Shown here: positions 13,454-26,246 of the stretch, in pieces
Layout: each line of letters opens with the position of its first letter
Position numbering within the stretch: the first letter of the stretch is position 1
From: Octopus vulgaris
Lineage: Eukaryota
Assembly: GCA_951406725.2 (NCBI GenBank)
Contig: OX597817.1
Coordinates: 18,848,001 to 18,912,000 of the forward strand
Reading direction: 5' to 3'
DNA length: 64,000 nucleotides
Made by a program: the position numbers and the translations under genes
Notes under the pieces: generated by a model
Told to the model about the DNA's origin: nothing
Seen by the model: the letters and a program-made list of their open reading frames with translations, nothing else
Database searches by the model: none

Positions 13454-14554
13454 ATGAAGATACAACTGTATAGAAATCATTCATGAATGTGTTTTGCACC
13501 ATATGCACAGCTATTTTAGAAACAGCTGTAAGAAACACATGATTCCTTGCTCTTTTATTTACTCTAACAATGCTGCAATTATACTTGAATTGTAAATTCC
13601 ATGCCCTAAAGTGATAACACATGTTTTGTCTGTTCATTATTTATTTCTAATACATATAAAGTATCGTACATGTAAGTACACTGTCGCCAAGTGACGAAGA
13701 ATTTCGGTTTCGCGACTATGAGATCCTGGTTTCAATTTAACTACATTACATCTGCAGCTGATTTCATTTTCCAAAGCATCAGCTTCCTTTATATATTGTG
13801 AATAGAAAGTGAATAGAAACCGGATTGTACATTTTATTCGAAAAATATCGCCTTTTCACAGACTATGAAATCACATTCTACATGATAATAAGTTAATAGT
13901 ATACACCTCTACATTGTTCAATCGCTTGTACTTTAATTAAAATCATGGAACATCTGAGACTCTGTCTGTATACCGTTAAATTTTGATGACTGACTGGGAG
14001 ATCTCAAAGTGTAACGGGCGAAGTACCTCACGTATTTATTTAAGCTTTTTCCTCTCTCAATTTAAATCCTGTCATAAATTACTTGGATGATTAATATAAT
14101 CTGTTTACCACCACTAACTCGTCTCTTAGGTACCTTTAGTCCTGGGACGGTTTACGAGTATTCGCTTTTCTCGAAAATATTGTTCAGATGCACTTGCATG
14201 AGAGGACATTCCACAACAGAGGTCTTATTATCTTTCACATTACATTAAACATTGACAACCGATATATTCTCTTAAAACGTTCTTTCTCGTTCATTGCTTC
14301 CTTTTGACAAATTTCACCTCCATTTTTTTCATTTGAGAGCAACTTACTTGAGCTATAATTCATGCCTCCATTTCAAAGTTTAAATAATCCACTACAGTTG
14401 TATCTTCGATGATAGTGGCAAAAGATTATACCAAACGTTATACTCTACATTTGCATCGTGTTATGTATTTAGTCAATGGTATATTCATTGATTTTGCTTC
14501 TTGTGCATTTAAAATCAATTATCCGCATACGCATAGACGCATACATATCCCATG

Positions 14555-14694
14555 TATAAATATATATGCATGTATGTACGTATGTATGTATGTATGTATG
14601 TATGTATGTATGTATGTATGCATGCATGTATGTATGCATGTATATATGTATGTATGTATGTACGTATGTTTATATCTATCTATCTATCTATCTA

Positions 14695-14734
<40 letters not shown>

Positions 14735-14832
14735 CCTATACATATACATCAGTATGCATCTACGCATGCATGTATATATATATATATATATATATACATG
14801 CTTATACATATACATCAGTATGCATCTACGCA

Positions 14833-14872
<40 letters not shown>

Positions 14873-14915
14873 CATACGTACACACATACATATATACATA
14901 CGTACATACATGCAT
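14555..14915. repeat. Mixed (ATGT)n/(ATCT)n/(TA)n microsatellite with an internal 60-bp tandem duplication
   Basis: TATACATATACATCAGTATGCATCTACGCATGCAT occurs twice, about 60 bp apart (near 14737 and 14803). Confidence 0.9.
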
Positions 14916-15869
14916 ATATTGTCTACTTTGGTCCAACACCAATTTCACGTGCAAACAACATACCTAGTGCTGTTTAATTCAATCCGGAATGTTGCCGTGA
15001 GTCAAATCATACTTCTGAAAGCAAATTGTCCCGCTTATTCTATCGCAGTTATTTAATTATATAGACAATCACATACTAGCGCTCTGAATGTATTTCAATG
15101 TTATAAACGAAGCTAAATATTGAAAAGAGAGTAAACGAATTTAACTCTCTCGACATTTCGATATCGAATTCATTTAGTATGAAAATATCTCTATTTGTCT
15201 CACTTGTTGTCATGTTAATAAGACAGACAGGTATTTCACTTCACAGCCGTATATGAAAGTATGTACATATAATCTAGTTAATTGGCTGCCTGTTTATATA
15301 TGACCATGTAAGTGAGAATATATCTCAATGTATGCGGATATTAATTCAGTCCTACTGTATTTGTAATGCGTTAAATTGAATCTTTTGATGAGCATGCATC
15401 AATTTGTACTATATGTATATGTGAAGAACCATATGTGGGTATATATGCGTGTGTATGTATATACATGCATACATATATATATATATATATATAATATTTA
15501 TATATGTATGTATTTTAATGTATATAGGTATGGCTTTTGTAGATGGTTTCTGCCACAGGACAAAGCGTGATATTTATGTTGTATCAACTTGTGTCGTTAT
15601 AATCTCTACTAAATACAAGTCCTTTCAAACAACGTATCGTATTATGGTCTTTATAGCTAGTACTATTCAATACCATTGCATTTTGTAAAACAAAAATGCA
15701 GTATTATCGCGTGTGGTGTTTGAAAATCCCTGGTGATAGGTGCATAGCGAAATATGTAGGCTTGCCGAAATTGAAACATAGTGTTACAGATCTACACATC
15801 AAGAGTTAGTGTGTTAAAGTGAACATTGTTTTCGTATACCTTGGCAGTAAAAGAGATGAGTGGAACCTC

Positions 15870-16600
15870 TGAGTTTGAGCAGTCTTATTTAAAGAGAGCA
15901 CTGCTTAGCTAATTTTTCTGAGAATAGACTAGGAAATGTGTCACAAAATTTGCCTGTCCTGGAATCTGATCTATTTACCCTTTCTGACAGCTGTTCCAAT
16001 CAGCGAGAGCAAAAAATGTGAAAACAAAATATCTGTAGCTCTATTGCTGGTATGTTAATACCCTAGATAATGTTAGAATATCCAATACGCACGAGCAGGG
16101 TACTGCTCTTTGTAGCATAACGTAACCAATTCAAAATTAATTTTGATACCCCTTTCTGAGAGATGAATGTCAGAGGAAATTCTGTTAATTGAAGTGAGGC
16201 CTAGCTGTGTGTTATTTTGAATTGGTAATACGGCTGGTGAAAAACAAGAGAGTGTATTGACTTTCCCATCTTGGCTTAGATGAGATGCTGGAACTTAGCT
16301 GAGATGCTGGATAAATTGTCATCCAATGTGGCTGTAGCATGAATCTTAGCTAATGCTGTCTTGCAGCTATCATGAAACTTCCTTCGCTGTGTATGCAATA
16401 TTTCTTCACGCAAGGGAAGAATCTTTAGTCGTTTTCTACCTGAATGTTAGAAATGCTACACTTACAACTGGCGACAAAATCATCTTACCTGAAGACTTTA
16501 ATTGCAGAAAATGTATGACCTCAAAACGTCTTCTTGCTTTAGACTCTTTGTCATGGGCAAAACAGTAGTCTTCACCTTCTCATATACTGTGCAATATTCA
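15870..16600 (+). mobile_element. Highly decayed RTE-type LINE apurinic-endonuclease fragment
   Basis: VYAIFLHAREESLVVFYLNVRNATLTTGDKIILPEDFNCR resembles the YAPT...FY..L...DKLILLGDFNAR segment of RTE APE domains; upstream HEQGTAL resembles HGVGF. Confidence 0.45.
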
Positions 16601-17072
16601 GCTCAGGTATATTTTAAGAATGTTATATACGTATGGTTTTTCACTATCATACAAGAGGTAACGTGTTTAACCTGAAACATTTCGAAGCTAATTCAAAGAC
16701 TTTATAACTTTAGAGTGCTATTTGCCGCAACATGATTTATTGCAACTTTTGGTTCACTCTGACGAGTTGTTCAGAACATAATGGAACTCTATATACCAAT
16801 GCCTATTTTAGTTTGGGAGTTGTAAAAAAAAAAATGACAAACCGTAGATGTAGTTTACACTTGTTTTACGTGGAACTTATGTAGGATAAAATATAATTGT
16901 CCAAGTGACCAACTATGATGCAATCAAGTATTTGTACTTCAGGAGCTCTAACACCTAGGATGGATAGCTAGATTCTCAGAAGCAATAGAAGTGCCTTAAA
17001 AAGGATAGAGGAATATATCACTTCGCTGATACATTTTAATAACATGCATAATGTGTGTGTTAAAATATTAAC

Positions 17073-17326
17073 ATAAACTTAGATAAACTTAGATATGTTT
17101 CAACCAAAGATTGGTCCAGGCCATGTCTAACTTAATAGCACCACCTGAGAGGATTATTCGAATCCTGTTTAAGTCAAGTTTTGTTTATGGTCCATTCAAG
17201 TAGTGAGTTCTTGTTGGGTGAGTTGTATCCAATTATGGGTGGCTTATCTGGTATTCTTTGAAGGAATCTATCCAGACTCCGTTTAAATTTGATGGGATCC
17301 TTTTCCTCTTTGATCTCTTTCAGGAC
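17073..17326 (-). mobile_element. 3'-terminal fragment of the CR1/L2-group LINE found at 38.6-40.2 kb
   Basis: Near-identical reverse complement of about 39905-40190, including the tandem TATCTAAGTT tail. Confidence 0.93.
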
Positions 17327-19477
17327 TAATACGATCTAAATAAAATACACGGCTGGTCTAGGTACTTTTTGATGTGGGAACTCTTAAGATATGTTGTGCC
17401 TCAAGACACGGACTGAAAAATCTGCTATGTCCTATTTTTTTATATTGACACAGTGCAACAATAATTAATTATTGTATTACATTGCTAAATTTTTCTACAA
17501 GAGAATCCAATACCTTATGCGATATCTCTTGAAATATTATTTATTTATTTATTATACTAATGAATTGGTGTACTGTATGACAGATGCATTCTGTATTTCT
17601 TAGTACTGAATCTCGAGTAAAATTTAATCTTAATGTCTAATGAAGAAAACCTTATTGATTTTTAACATAGTTGCAAGCACTAAGTTAAATATGAACAAGA
17701 TAATTGAACATTCGACAGTGAAATATTGATAATTTTTGAAAGGAAATTAGTAATATACACGAGATGAGATAGAATCGAGATTTAAATCATGACCTTGGAG
17801 TCAACTCGAGAGGATCTTAGATGCGATGTTCCAATCGTGTAAATTATAAACCATTAATATCTTTGCTAACAGTGTACATAAGTTCATATTCCTGAGTTGA
17901 TAGAGTACGTAATGATTAGTTGAAATGTTAACTATTACTAACTTTGGATATATCAATACGATATTTATCCTTCACAAAATTGATTTATAGATGTCACATG
18001 AGAAAAACTTTTGATTCAATTGAATTGCCAGACTAATTTCCTTCTATCAGAATATTTTCGAGAGGGATGGCCTCTACCAAGTTAGCATTCCCAAGACACA
18101 TTTTATAGTGACCAAGTCTTCGGTGAAGATTTGAAACTAAAAGATTTTATTTACACCATTCTTCTGAAGGACTCATATGTTGATTATGAGAGAGGTGGGG
18201 AAAATGCTCTATCATACATTTAAAAGTCAATGCTTCCGTATACTTTACAAGAAGGCATAAGAGAAAAGGAAACGTTATTGTGTTTTTGCATACCGCTTAT
18301 ATTTCAGGAACTAAATGACGTGGAGAAATCTTCCTGAATTCGCATTACTAAATCATTCGGTTTTATATTTGTTATTATAGACTGTTTTTGAAAATGACGA
18401 TTCAATTGGGTCATTTTCAGAATAATACTTGTTAATAAATTGGCTCCTAATTAAATCTTTCTGATTCAATTTAAATTTCGTTTCTGTCGTGAATAAAAAG
18501 AACAAATGACGAAAAACAAAATGAAACAAAGAAAATATTTAATTATACATCGTTGATCGATGAAACTAATTAAAATAGTGAATGACAGCGATATATTAGG
18601 GGATTACATTGATAGACGCAATTGTTATTAAATCTTGGTTTGTTTGGCAAGCCATATCATTACGAAATCCATAATCCTCTTTAGCTTATGGCCGAAGATC
18701 AATACCTTGTATTTAGAGAAGCTGTGAATAGGAAGAAACGATATTCTAACACCTTGTATCATTATTTCGTCCATTTTCGTTATGAGTTCCAATACTGCAG
18801 TGGTCAACTCCACAAAATATTTTCGTGTTTCTTGCATTCAAAATGTTAAATGCCAATAATAAACAACTAGGTTTGTAGTTGTAAAAAATTTTAATAACCG
18901 TTTTGTCTTAAGTCAACACTCTGAACAAATGCATACCTGCCGTGTCATCCAATTTTAATAATTATCTACGAATACATCAATTAATGTGTTCTGTCTTAAG
19001 ATCTAATTGCTATCTTAGCGGGTGAAACGACAGCGTATAATTCCCTCTTTGAATCGATTATTGTTTTTACTTAGTGACGGTAAGTTATATCTGATTAAGG
19101 GTTTCAAATTACCGAAGTCGTTAATAGTTTTGTCTATCAGATAAATGCACACGTTTACTCTTCTAGTTGTCTCTCATATATTACAGTGTAACTTGAAATA
19201 CTTTAACCGAGATTTTCAAACAAAAAAACCTATCAAGAACTGTTTTTGATATCTAAAATAAGGGACATACGTCTATTTATATGTAAGAGAGTTAATCGAT
19301 TTTATAATAAAAGGCAAAAACATATAAAGACAATGCTGTTGGGAGTCGATTTGGGCATCACAAGCTCTAGTAAAACAAAAGATATTTTTCAAAAACAAAT
19401 CATCTCAGTGGAGAATATTATCGTACAAATAAATAAATGATCAGGATATAAGTGTGTTTGTGTGTGTGTGTATATAA

Positions 19478-19509
<32 letters not shown>

Positions 19510-19524
19510 TTAAATATATATATA

Positions 19525-19727
19525 TACTCTTTTACTTGTTTCAGTCATTTGACTGCGGCCATACTGGAGCACCGCCTTTAGTCGAGCAAATCGACCCCGG
19601 GACTTATTCTTTGTAAGCCCAGTACTTATTCTATCGGTATTTTTTGCTGAACCGCTAAGTGACGGAGACGTAAACACACCAGCATCGGTTGTCAAGCAAT
19701 GCTAGGGGGACAAACACAGCCACACAA

Positions 19728-19758
<31 letters not shown>

Positions 19759-19919
19759 CATATATACGACAGGCTTCTTTCAGTTTCCGTCTACCAAATC
19801 CACTCACAAGGCTTTGGTCGGCCCGGGGCTATAGCAGAAGACACTTGCCCAAGATGCCACGCAGTGGGACTGAACCCGGAACCATGTGGTTGTTTAGCAA
19901 GCTACTTACCACACAGCCA
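19525..19919 (-). mobile_element. SINE group B
   Basis: Matches 2438-2840. Confidence 0.92.
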
Positions 19920-20010
19920 AAGGGTAAAATTAGTTAATTAAGAAGTAATCAGTAATTTCACCAAGCAGAATTCGGCATGAAAAGGACCATTACATGGTAA
20001 TCTTAAGTAA

Positions 20011-20566
20011 TACTTTATAAATAGGGTTCAGCAATGATTTGCTTCACCACATACTGAAGTTTAGAAATAGCAGTCAAAAAATCTTCGCTATTCCTTCTAC
20101 TTTAAAAGGGGCTCCCAGAAAAACCAAAGTACTTGAAAACAATCCACGCAGGCAAAAGGGAAGAATAACGAAAATCATTCTATATTAGGTTACCCACGTA
20201 CGCGCGTTTCGGAATTAGGTCGATATAAAGCATAAATAATAATTAATTATACCTTACCCGATCATTTTCGGCTCTTCAGCGTCGGATTCCTCAATTATAA
20301 ATGATTAAATATTGAATTTGAAGGCACTGAAAATATCTCTTCACCTAACGGTATCAGCGAGATCATATTCCGTGCTAGTGCCGCCAAATTCAAAATACGA
20401 ATGAGAGTCAGTCACCATCCCTTGCCTGCGTGGATTGTTTTCAAGTACTTTGGTTTTTCTGGGAGCCCCTTTTAAAGTTGAAGGAATAGCTAAGATTTTT
20501 TGACTGCTATTTCTAAACTTCGGTATGTGGTGAAGCAAATCATTGCTGAACCCTATTTATAAAGTA
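20011..20566. mobile_element. Foldback element with inverted arms of about 145 bp and a hammerhead-like motif in the spacer (Penelope-like)
   Basis: 20011-20155 is the reverse complement of 20422-20566 with few mismatches; on minus CTGAAGA...GAAACGCGCGTA at 20279-20199. Confidence 0.75.
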
Positions 20567-20604
20567 TATATATATATATATAAGTATACACCTCACCCCA
20601 CATG

Positions 20605-20671
<67 letters not shown>

Positions 20672-21407
20672 GTGTGTTTGAGTGTGTGTCTATATATGTA
20701 TGTATATATATAATTTTAATTAATTTGAATTATTATACATTGCATTGACATATTAATATCGCTGTTTGAAACGATCGTATGCATATATCAAAATTTAAAT
20801 TTTAACATCTTATCTTTTCCATTATTTAACATATTAGTTGAGTTTTATGGGATACGTTTCATAAATTCTCATAACACACCACACACAAACGCACACGCAC
20901 ATGCACACACACACACAGAGAAACACACACACACACACTCACATATATATAAAAGGCATTAAACACAAAAATAAATGAATGAGAGAAGGTAGAGGGATAA
21001 AAAGAAGGGTTATGGGCTAGGTGGACGTACAGTTCTATAGGGAGAGTTAGAAACGGTATAATAGGTAGGGTTCCATGTGCATGGATAGGAGGTATCTGTG
21101 TATAGAGAGGGGCATAATGAAATATTAAGTTTGTCTACTATGGGGTGCCGGGAGTTACTTGGGAATTGTAAGTGTTTGAAAACGTGCAAATCTGAGAAAG
21201 CAGAGACATTAGGTAGAGAGACTCTCATATGATGGTGCGTAGACGTATTAATATTATATGTAAAAGTATGGTGTAGAGGGGAGACGGATCTGGCATGCGC
21301 AAATGTAATGTGAAATAGGAGGTAAGAAGGATGTGGTATTTAAAAGAAAATCACTGATATGTATATACATGTGTTTGTGCGCGAGCGCGTGTATATATAT
21401 ATATCTA

Positions 21408-21463
<56 letters not shown>

Positions 21464-21589
21464 TAAGCGCAGGCGAATCTGTGTGCAAATATGATGGCTT
21501 CCCAACGACAAAGTTCTGGGTTCAGTCTCATTACTTGTTACTTGTAGCCAGCGTGTATGTATGTATATATAAATATATATATATATATA

Positions 21590-21675
21590 TTCTTTTATTC
21601 TTTTACTTGCGGCCATCCTGGAACACCAGCATCAGTTGTCAAGCGATGTTGGGGGGAACACAAACATATAAACAT

Positions 21676-21714
<39 letters not shown>

Positions 21715-21860
21715 CATATATACGACGGGCTTCTTTCAGTTTCCGTCTACCAAATCTACTCACAAGATTTGGTCAGCCAGAGGCTATAGTAGATGGCACT
21801 GAACCCGTAAACATGTGGTCGGCAAGCAAGCTGCTTACCACATAGCCACTCCTGCGACAT
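21590..21860 (-). mobile_element. SINE group B, internally deleted; degraded plus-strand head fragment at about 21466-21535
   Basis: Similarity to 2438-2840. Confidence 0.8.
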
Positions 21861-22356
21861 ACATGCATATATATTTTATTTATATATAGATATAGGAGAG
21901 AGAAAGAGAGGAGAGGGGGAGAGGTGATTGGGTTAGGAGCCTGTGTGCGTGTGTGATTCTAAGTCAAACCTTTCAAGCACACAAGTAGCAGACTGTTTCC
22001 CTCTGTATTCGTAGACATCTTCAGAAGTGAGATTCTTACTGCAAAATATGTCTGTGAATACAAAGAGAAACAGACTGAGATTTATAAGACTTCGTTCAAA
22101 ATTAAATAAAATATATACTCTCGGATTAAAACGTATATCGGTTTTGTAGTGTTCTTATGTGTCTGATGAGCATGGTTTCGTTTTCTCTGTCTTCTCAATC
22201 GTTCACATGCACTCACACATATAAAGATTAATAAAGATTAACTCAGTTGTATAAGCAAAGACACAGACACACACAAACATACCCACAGAACATAACTATA
22301 AATGAACACGTATATACATATGTAAACATACTGAAATGTAAGTAAACACACACAGA

Positions 22357-22408
<52 letters not shown>

Positions 22409-22431
22409 TAATTGGCTTTGCTATTTATTAT

Positions 22432-22654
22432 ACTTACTCTTTACTCTTACTCTTTTACTTGTTTCAGTCATTTGACTGCGGCCATGCTGGAGCACCGCCT
22501 TTAGTCGAGCAAATCGACGCCGGGACTTATTCTTTGTAAGCCCAGTACTTATTTACTTATTTTATCGGTCTTTTTTGCCGAACCGCTAATGGCGGGGACG
22601 TAAACACACCAGCATCGGTTGTGAAGCAATGCTAGGGGGACAAAAACAGACACA

Positions 22655-22716
<62 letters not shown>

Positions 22717-22888
22717 CATATATACGACAGGCTTCTTTCAGTTTCCGTCTACCAAATCCACTCACAAGGCATTGGTCGGCCCGGGGCTATAGCAGAAGAC
22801 ACTTGCCCAAGATGCCACGCAGTGGGACTGAACCCGGAACCATGTGGTTTGTTAGAAAACTACTTACCACACATCCACTCCTGCGCCT
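22432..22888 (-). mobile_element. SINE group B, full length
   Basis: Matches 2438-2840; (GAGTAA)-type repeated tail. Confidence 0.92.
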
Positions 22889-23031
22889 TGTTGAATGAAT
22901 ACACACATATTTTTTTCTGCCCAAGCACAGATCGGGAGAAAAGTTTTCAACCCAGACTACTACTTATCCATGCAATTAAGTGCCCCTTCTCTATGGCACC
23001 GATGCTGTCCAAGGGAAAAGCAATGCATATA

Positions 23032-23234
23032 CGAGGGGATGCTGAAAAGTCCTTGGCTTTAAGAGTATCACGAAAGTTTTGGCTGGAGGCCCAACATTTC
23101 GAGTTCTTTTATAGGGCTTAGAAAACCTGAAGGACCGCTGCAATAAGTGTGTGAATCTGAGAATGAAATCATAATGAACTGATGCTCCTGCAGTTTTATT
23201 TACACAAAGCTAGGATCTTTCCAGCATCACTTCG
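23032..23234 (+). mobile_element. Mariner-type MITE or deletion derivative
   Basis: Imperfect TIRs of about 30 bp (CGAGGGGATGCTGAAAAGTCCTTGGCTTT vs AAAGCTAGGATCTTTCCAGCATCACTTCG), 5' TA flank; the interior resembles a mariner transposase C-terminus. Confidence 0.7.
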
Positions 23235-23479
23235 TGCATGTAAATGCTATTAATGTTGCTGATGTTGCTGTTAGAAGGTTAACGGCTGGAAAAACGGCTA
23301 CGTTTCTAGTTACTTCAATTGAGTAGCATTTTATTTCTGGACGTCCAGAGAGGATCAGAGGTAATGATTACTTGGTGGGATTTGACGTAAAGCATTCTAT
23401 ATGACGTTCGATCGAGTTTGCTCAATCGCCTTCATGCACGCGTGCAACCAACCACACACCTATATATACACATACACAT

Positions 23480-23712
23480 AAGGCGGCGAGCTGGCAGAAA
23501 GGTTAGCACGCCGGGCGAAATGCGTAGCCGTATTTCGTCTGTCGCTACATTCTGAGTTCAAATTCCGCCGAGGTCGACTTTGCCTTTCATCCTTTCGGGG
23601 TCGATAAATTACGAACCAGTTACGCACTGGGGTCGATATAATCGACATAATCCTTTTGTCTGTCCTTGTTTGTCCCGTCTGTGTTTAGCCCCTTGTGGGT
23701 AGTAAAGAAATA
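23480..23712 (+). mobile_element. SINE group C, full length
   Basis: AAGGCGGCGAGCTGGCAGAA head, B-box GAGTTCAAATTCC, central GCCTTTCATCCTTTCGGGGTCGATAAA block (Meta-domain-like, from memory), tail GTGGGTAGTAAAGAAAT. Confidence 0.92.
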
Positions 23713-23764
23713 TATATATACACATACACGCATACACACACACATACACACACATATATGTATA

Positions 23765-23895
23765 TACGACAGGTTTCTTTCAGTTACCGTCTACCAAATC
23801 CGTTCACTAGGCTTTCATCTTCTCGAGGCTATAATAGAAGACACTCATCCAAGGTACCACGCATTCTTCTTACTACACAGCTAGGTATGCGCCTA
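23765..23895 (-). mobile_element. SINE group B, degraded 5' half
   Basis: ACGACAGGTTTCTTTCAGTTACCGTCTACCAAATCC...GAGGCTATAATAGAAGACACT. Confidence 0.75.
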
Positions 23896-24584
23896 TATAA
23901 ATATATAAATATGTGTGTGTTTATGTGAGTGTGTATGTGTGCGTGTGTGTGTGTGTAAATGTGTATGGCAAAATCATTATAGGTGTAATGAATGCTGCAG
24001 ACAACAAAAGCTTTACTTGTTGAAAGTTGCGGAAAGTTTGGGATTCTAAATTAGAAAGGTAGCCAAATACTAGAATTTGTATCCAGATTTTGTCCCAAGG
24101 CCAGCAGTTACGGGGGAGGGAGCGAGTCAATTATATTGATCTTAGTGCTCAACTGGTACTTATTTTATCGATCACAAAATGATTAGAGGTAAACAGCAGA
24201 GTTTGAAACAAATCTTCATAAAAAAATAATTTTACATTGAAAAACTATTGTTAGGAAAAAGATGGCAACGAAATATTTTACTTAATAACACTAAAGGAAA
24301 CTGAAATATATTAAAATCTGATCTCTTTTAGGGATGGAGGGTCACAAGCACAACCGTAACACATATTTGTGTCCCAGTAGAGTAAAACAGCCTGGAAGAT
24401 ATTCATAAACGAAGAGCAGTTTGCATGATTAAACCGTAAAGAATCATGGAGAAAACGACCATAAGGCTATAGATAACTATGTAACACGAGTGATTTATAT
24501 TCTGAATATATTGAATATATTAAAATTACCTTCGGCATGAGAGATATTGCACACGCGCGCTCACACACACGTTCGCGCACACAT

Positions 24585-24733
24585 GTGCGTGTGTGTGTGT
24601 GTGTATGTGTGTGTGTGTGTGTGTATGTGTGTGTGATGTGTGTGTGTGTGTATGTGTGTGTATGTGTGTATGTGTGTGTGTGTGTATGTGTGTGTGTGTA
24701 TGTGTGTGTGTGAATGTGTGTGTGTATGTGTGT

Positions 24734-24800
<67 letters not shown>

Positions 24801-24823
24801 TGTGTGTGTGTGTGTTTGTGTGT

Positions 24824-24904
<81 letters not shown>

Positions 24905-24935
24905 AGTGTGCAGCGTGTGTATATATATATATATA
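24585..24935. repeat. (TG)n microsatellite, about 330 bp
   Basis: Direct reading. Confidence 0.95.
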
Positions 24936-25351
24936 TGTTCTCTTCTGTTTTTAATTATTGAATTTCTTCCTCTGAAGGTTTCTAGCAAAGATACAAAGCT
25001 CCATCGTTGGAATGTAAATAACGAAAACTGTAAAATTTTAACTTGAGAAAAATTCTTGCATATTTTTTTACTGTTCCACTTAGAGATTATATTTGTAACG
25101 TTCAAGTTAGTTGGCTGTTTTCTTTCTCTGAATATTCAGGTTGTCAGACGTTTACTCAAAAACCCAAGTGCATCAACTATTATTGATATAAATGTAAATT
25201 TGTAATCTTGATATAGAAAGCTGGAGGTTTCGTAGTAGTTATCCGTCGTTATCCTCTTTCTCTTTGATTTTCACAGAGATATTCACATCAGCAGGACAAC
25301 TGACCTCTATGACGTTACATACCTTTTCTTGTCTGTTCCAAATAATAATAT

Positions 25352-25532
25352 ATTTCTTTACTGCCCGCAAGGGGCTAAACATAGAGGGGACAAACAAGGA
25401 CAGACAAAGGGATTAAGTCGATTACATCGACCCCAGAGCGAAACTGGTGCTTTATTTATCGACCCCGAAAGGATGAAAGGCAAAGTCGACCTCGGCGGAA
25501 TTTGAACTCACAACGTAACGACAGACGAAATA
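25352..25532 (-). mobile_element. SINE group C, 5'-truncated, inserted in the Dong element with an 18-bp TSD
   Basis: TSD TGTTCC(A/T)AATAATAATAT at 25334-25351 and 25533-25550; it splits the RPDIII motif. Confidence 0.92.
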
Positions 25533-25862
25533 TGTTCCTAATAATAATATCCGGCCTGTTATGCTTATACTTGACAGATGGTCCACCAATGTTCCCTGTG
25601 TTGGTGTGTGCGTAAGTATTCAATAATAGCAGGGTTCTCTGTATCTATTCCAGGACAGTCTTTTTTCACGGAGGCATTGTATATTGTTTTGAGTCAACGT
25701 CGATTTGCATAGGGAGGTAGGACCTTGATGACACTTTTGGGCCTCTGCTAATCACGTATGTGATGACTTCTACAGGAATATGACAATCTACATTTTTGGT
25801 TACATCATGGGGTTCCAAGAGCCTCACTGTTTCTTTTGCCTTTTCGGTATTTAGTAGCAAGT

Positions 25863-26246
25863 GGAAGCCCTCCGTCGGTTACGACGACGAGGGTTCCGGT
25901 TGATCCGATCAACGGAACAGCCTGCTCGTGAAATTAACGTGTAAGTGGCTGAGCACTCCACAGACACGTGTACCCTTAACGTAGTTCTCGGGGATATTCA
26001 GCGTGACACAGTGAGTGACAAGGCTGGCCCCTTGAAATACAGGTACAACAGAAACAGGAAGTAAGAGTGAGAGAAAGTTATAGTGAAAGAGTACAGCAGG
26101 GATCACCACCATCCCTGCCGGAGCATCGTGAAGCTTTTAGGTGTTTTCGCTCAATAAACACTCACAACGCCCGGTCTGGGAATCGAAACCGCGATCCTAC
26201 GACCGCGAGTCCGCTGCCCTAACCACTGGGCCATTGCGCCTCCACA
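25863..26246 (-). mobile_element. SINE with a group A head and an alternative tail, 12-bp TSD
   Basis: TSD TTAGTAGCAAGT at 25851-25862 and 26247-26258; head matches 37700, tail matches 34255-34440. Confidence 0.92.
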
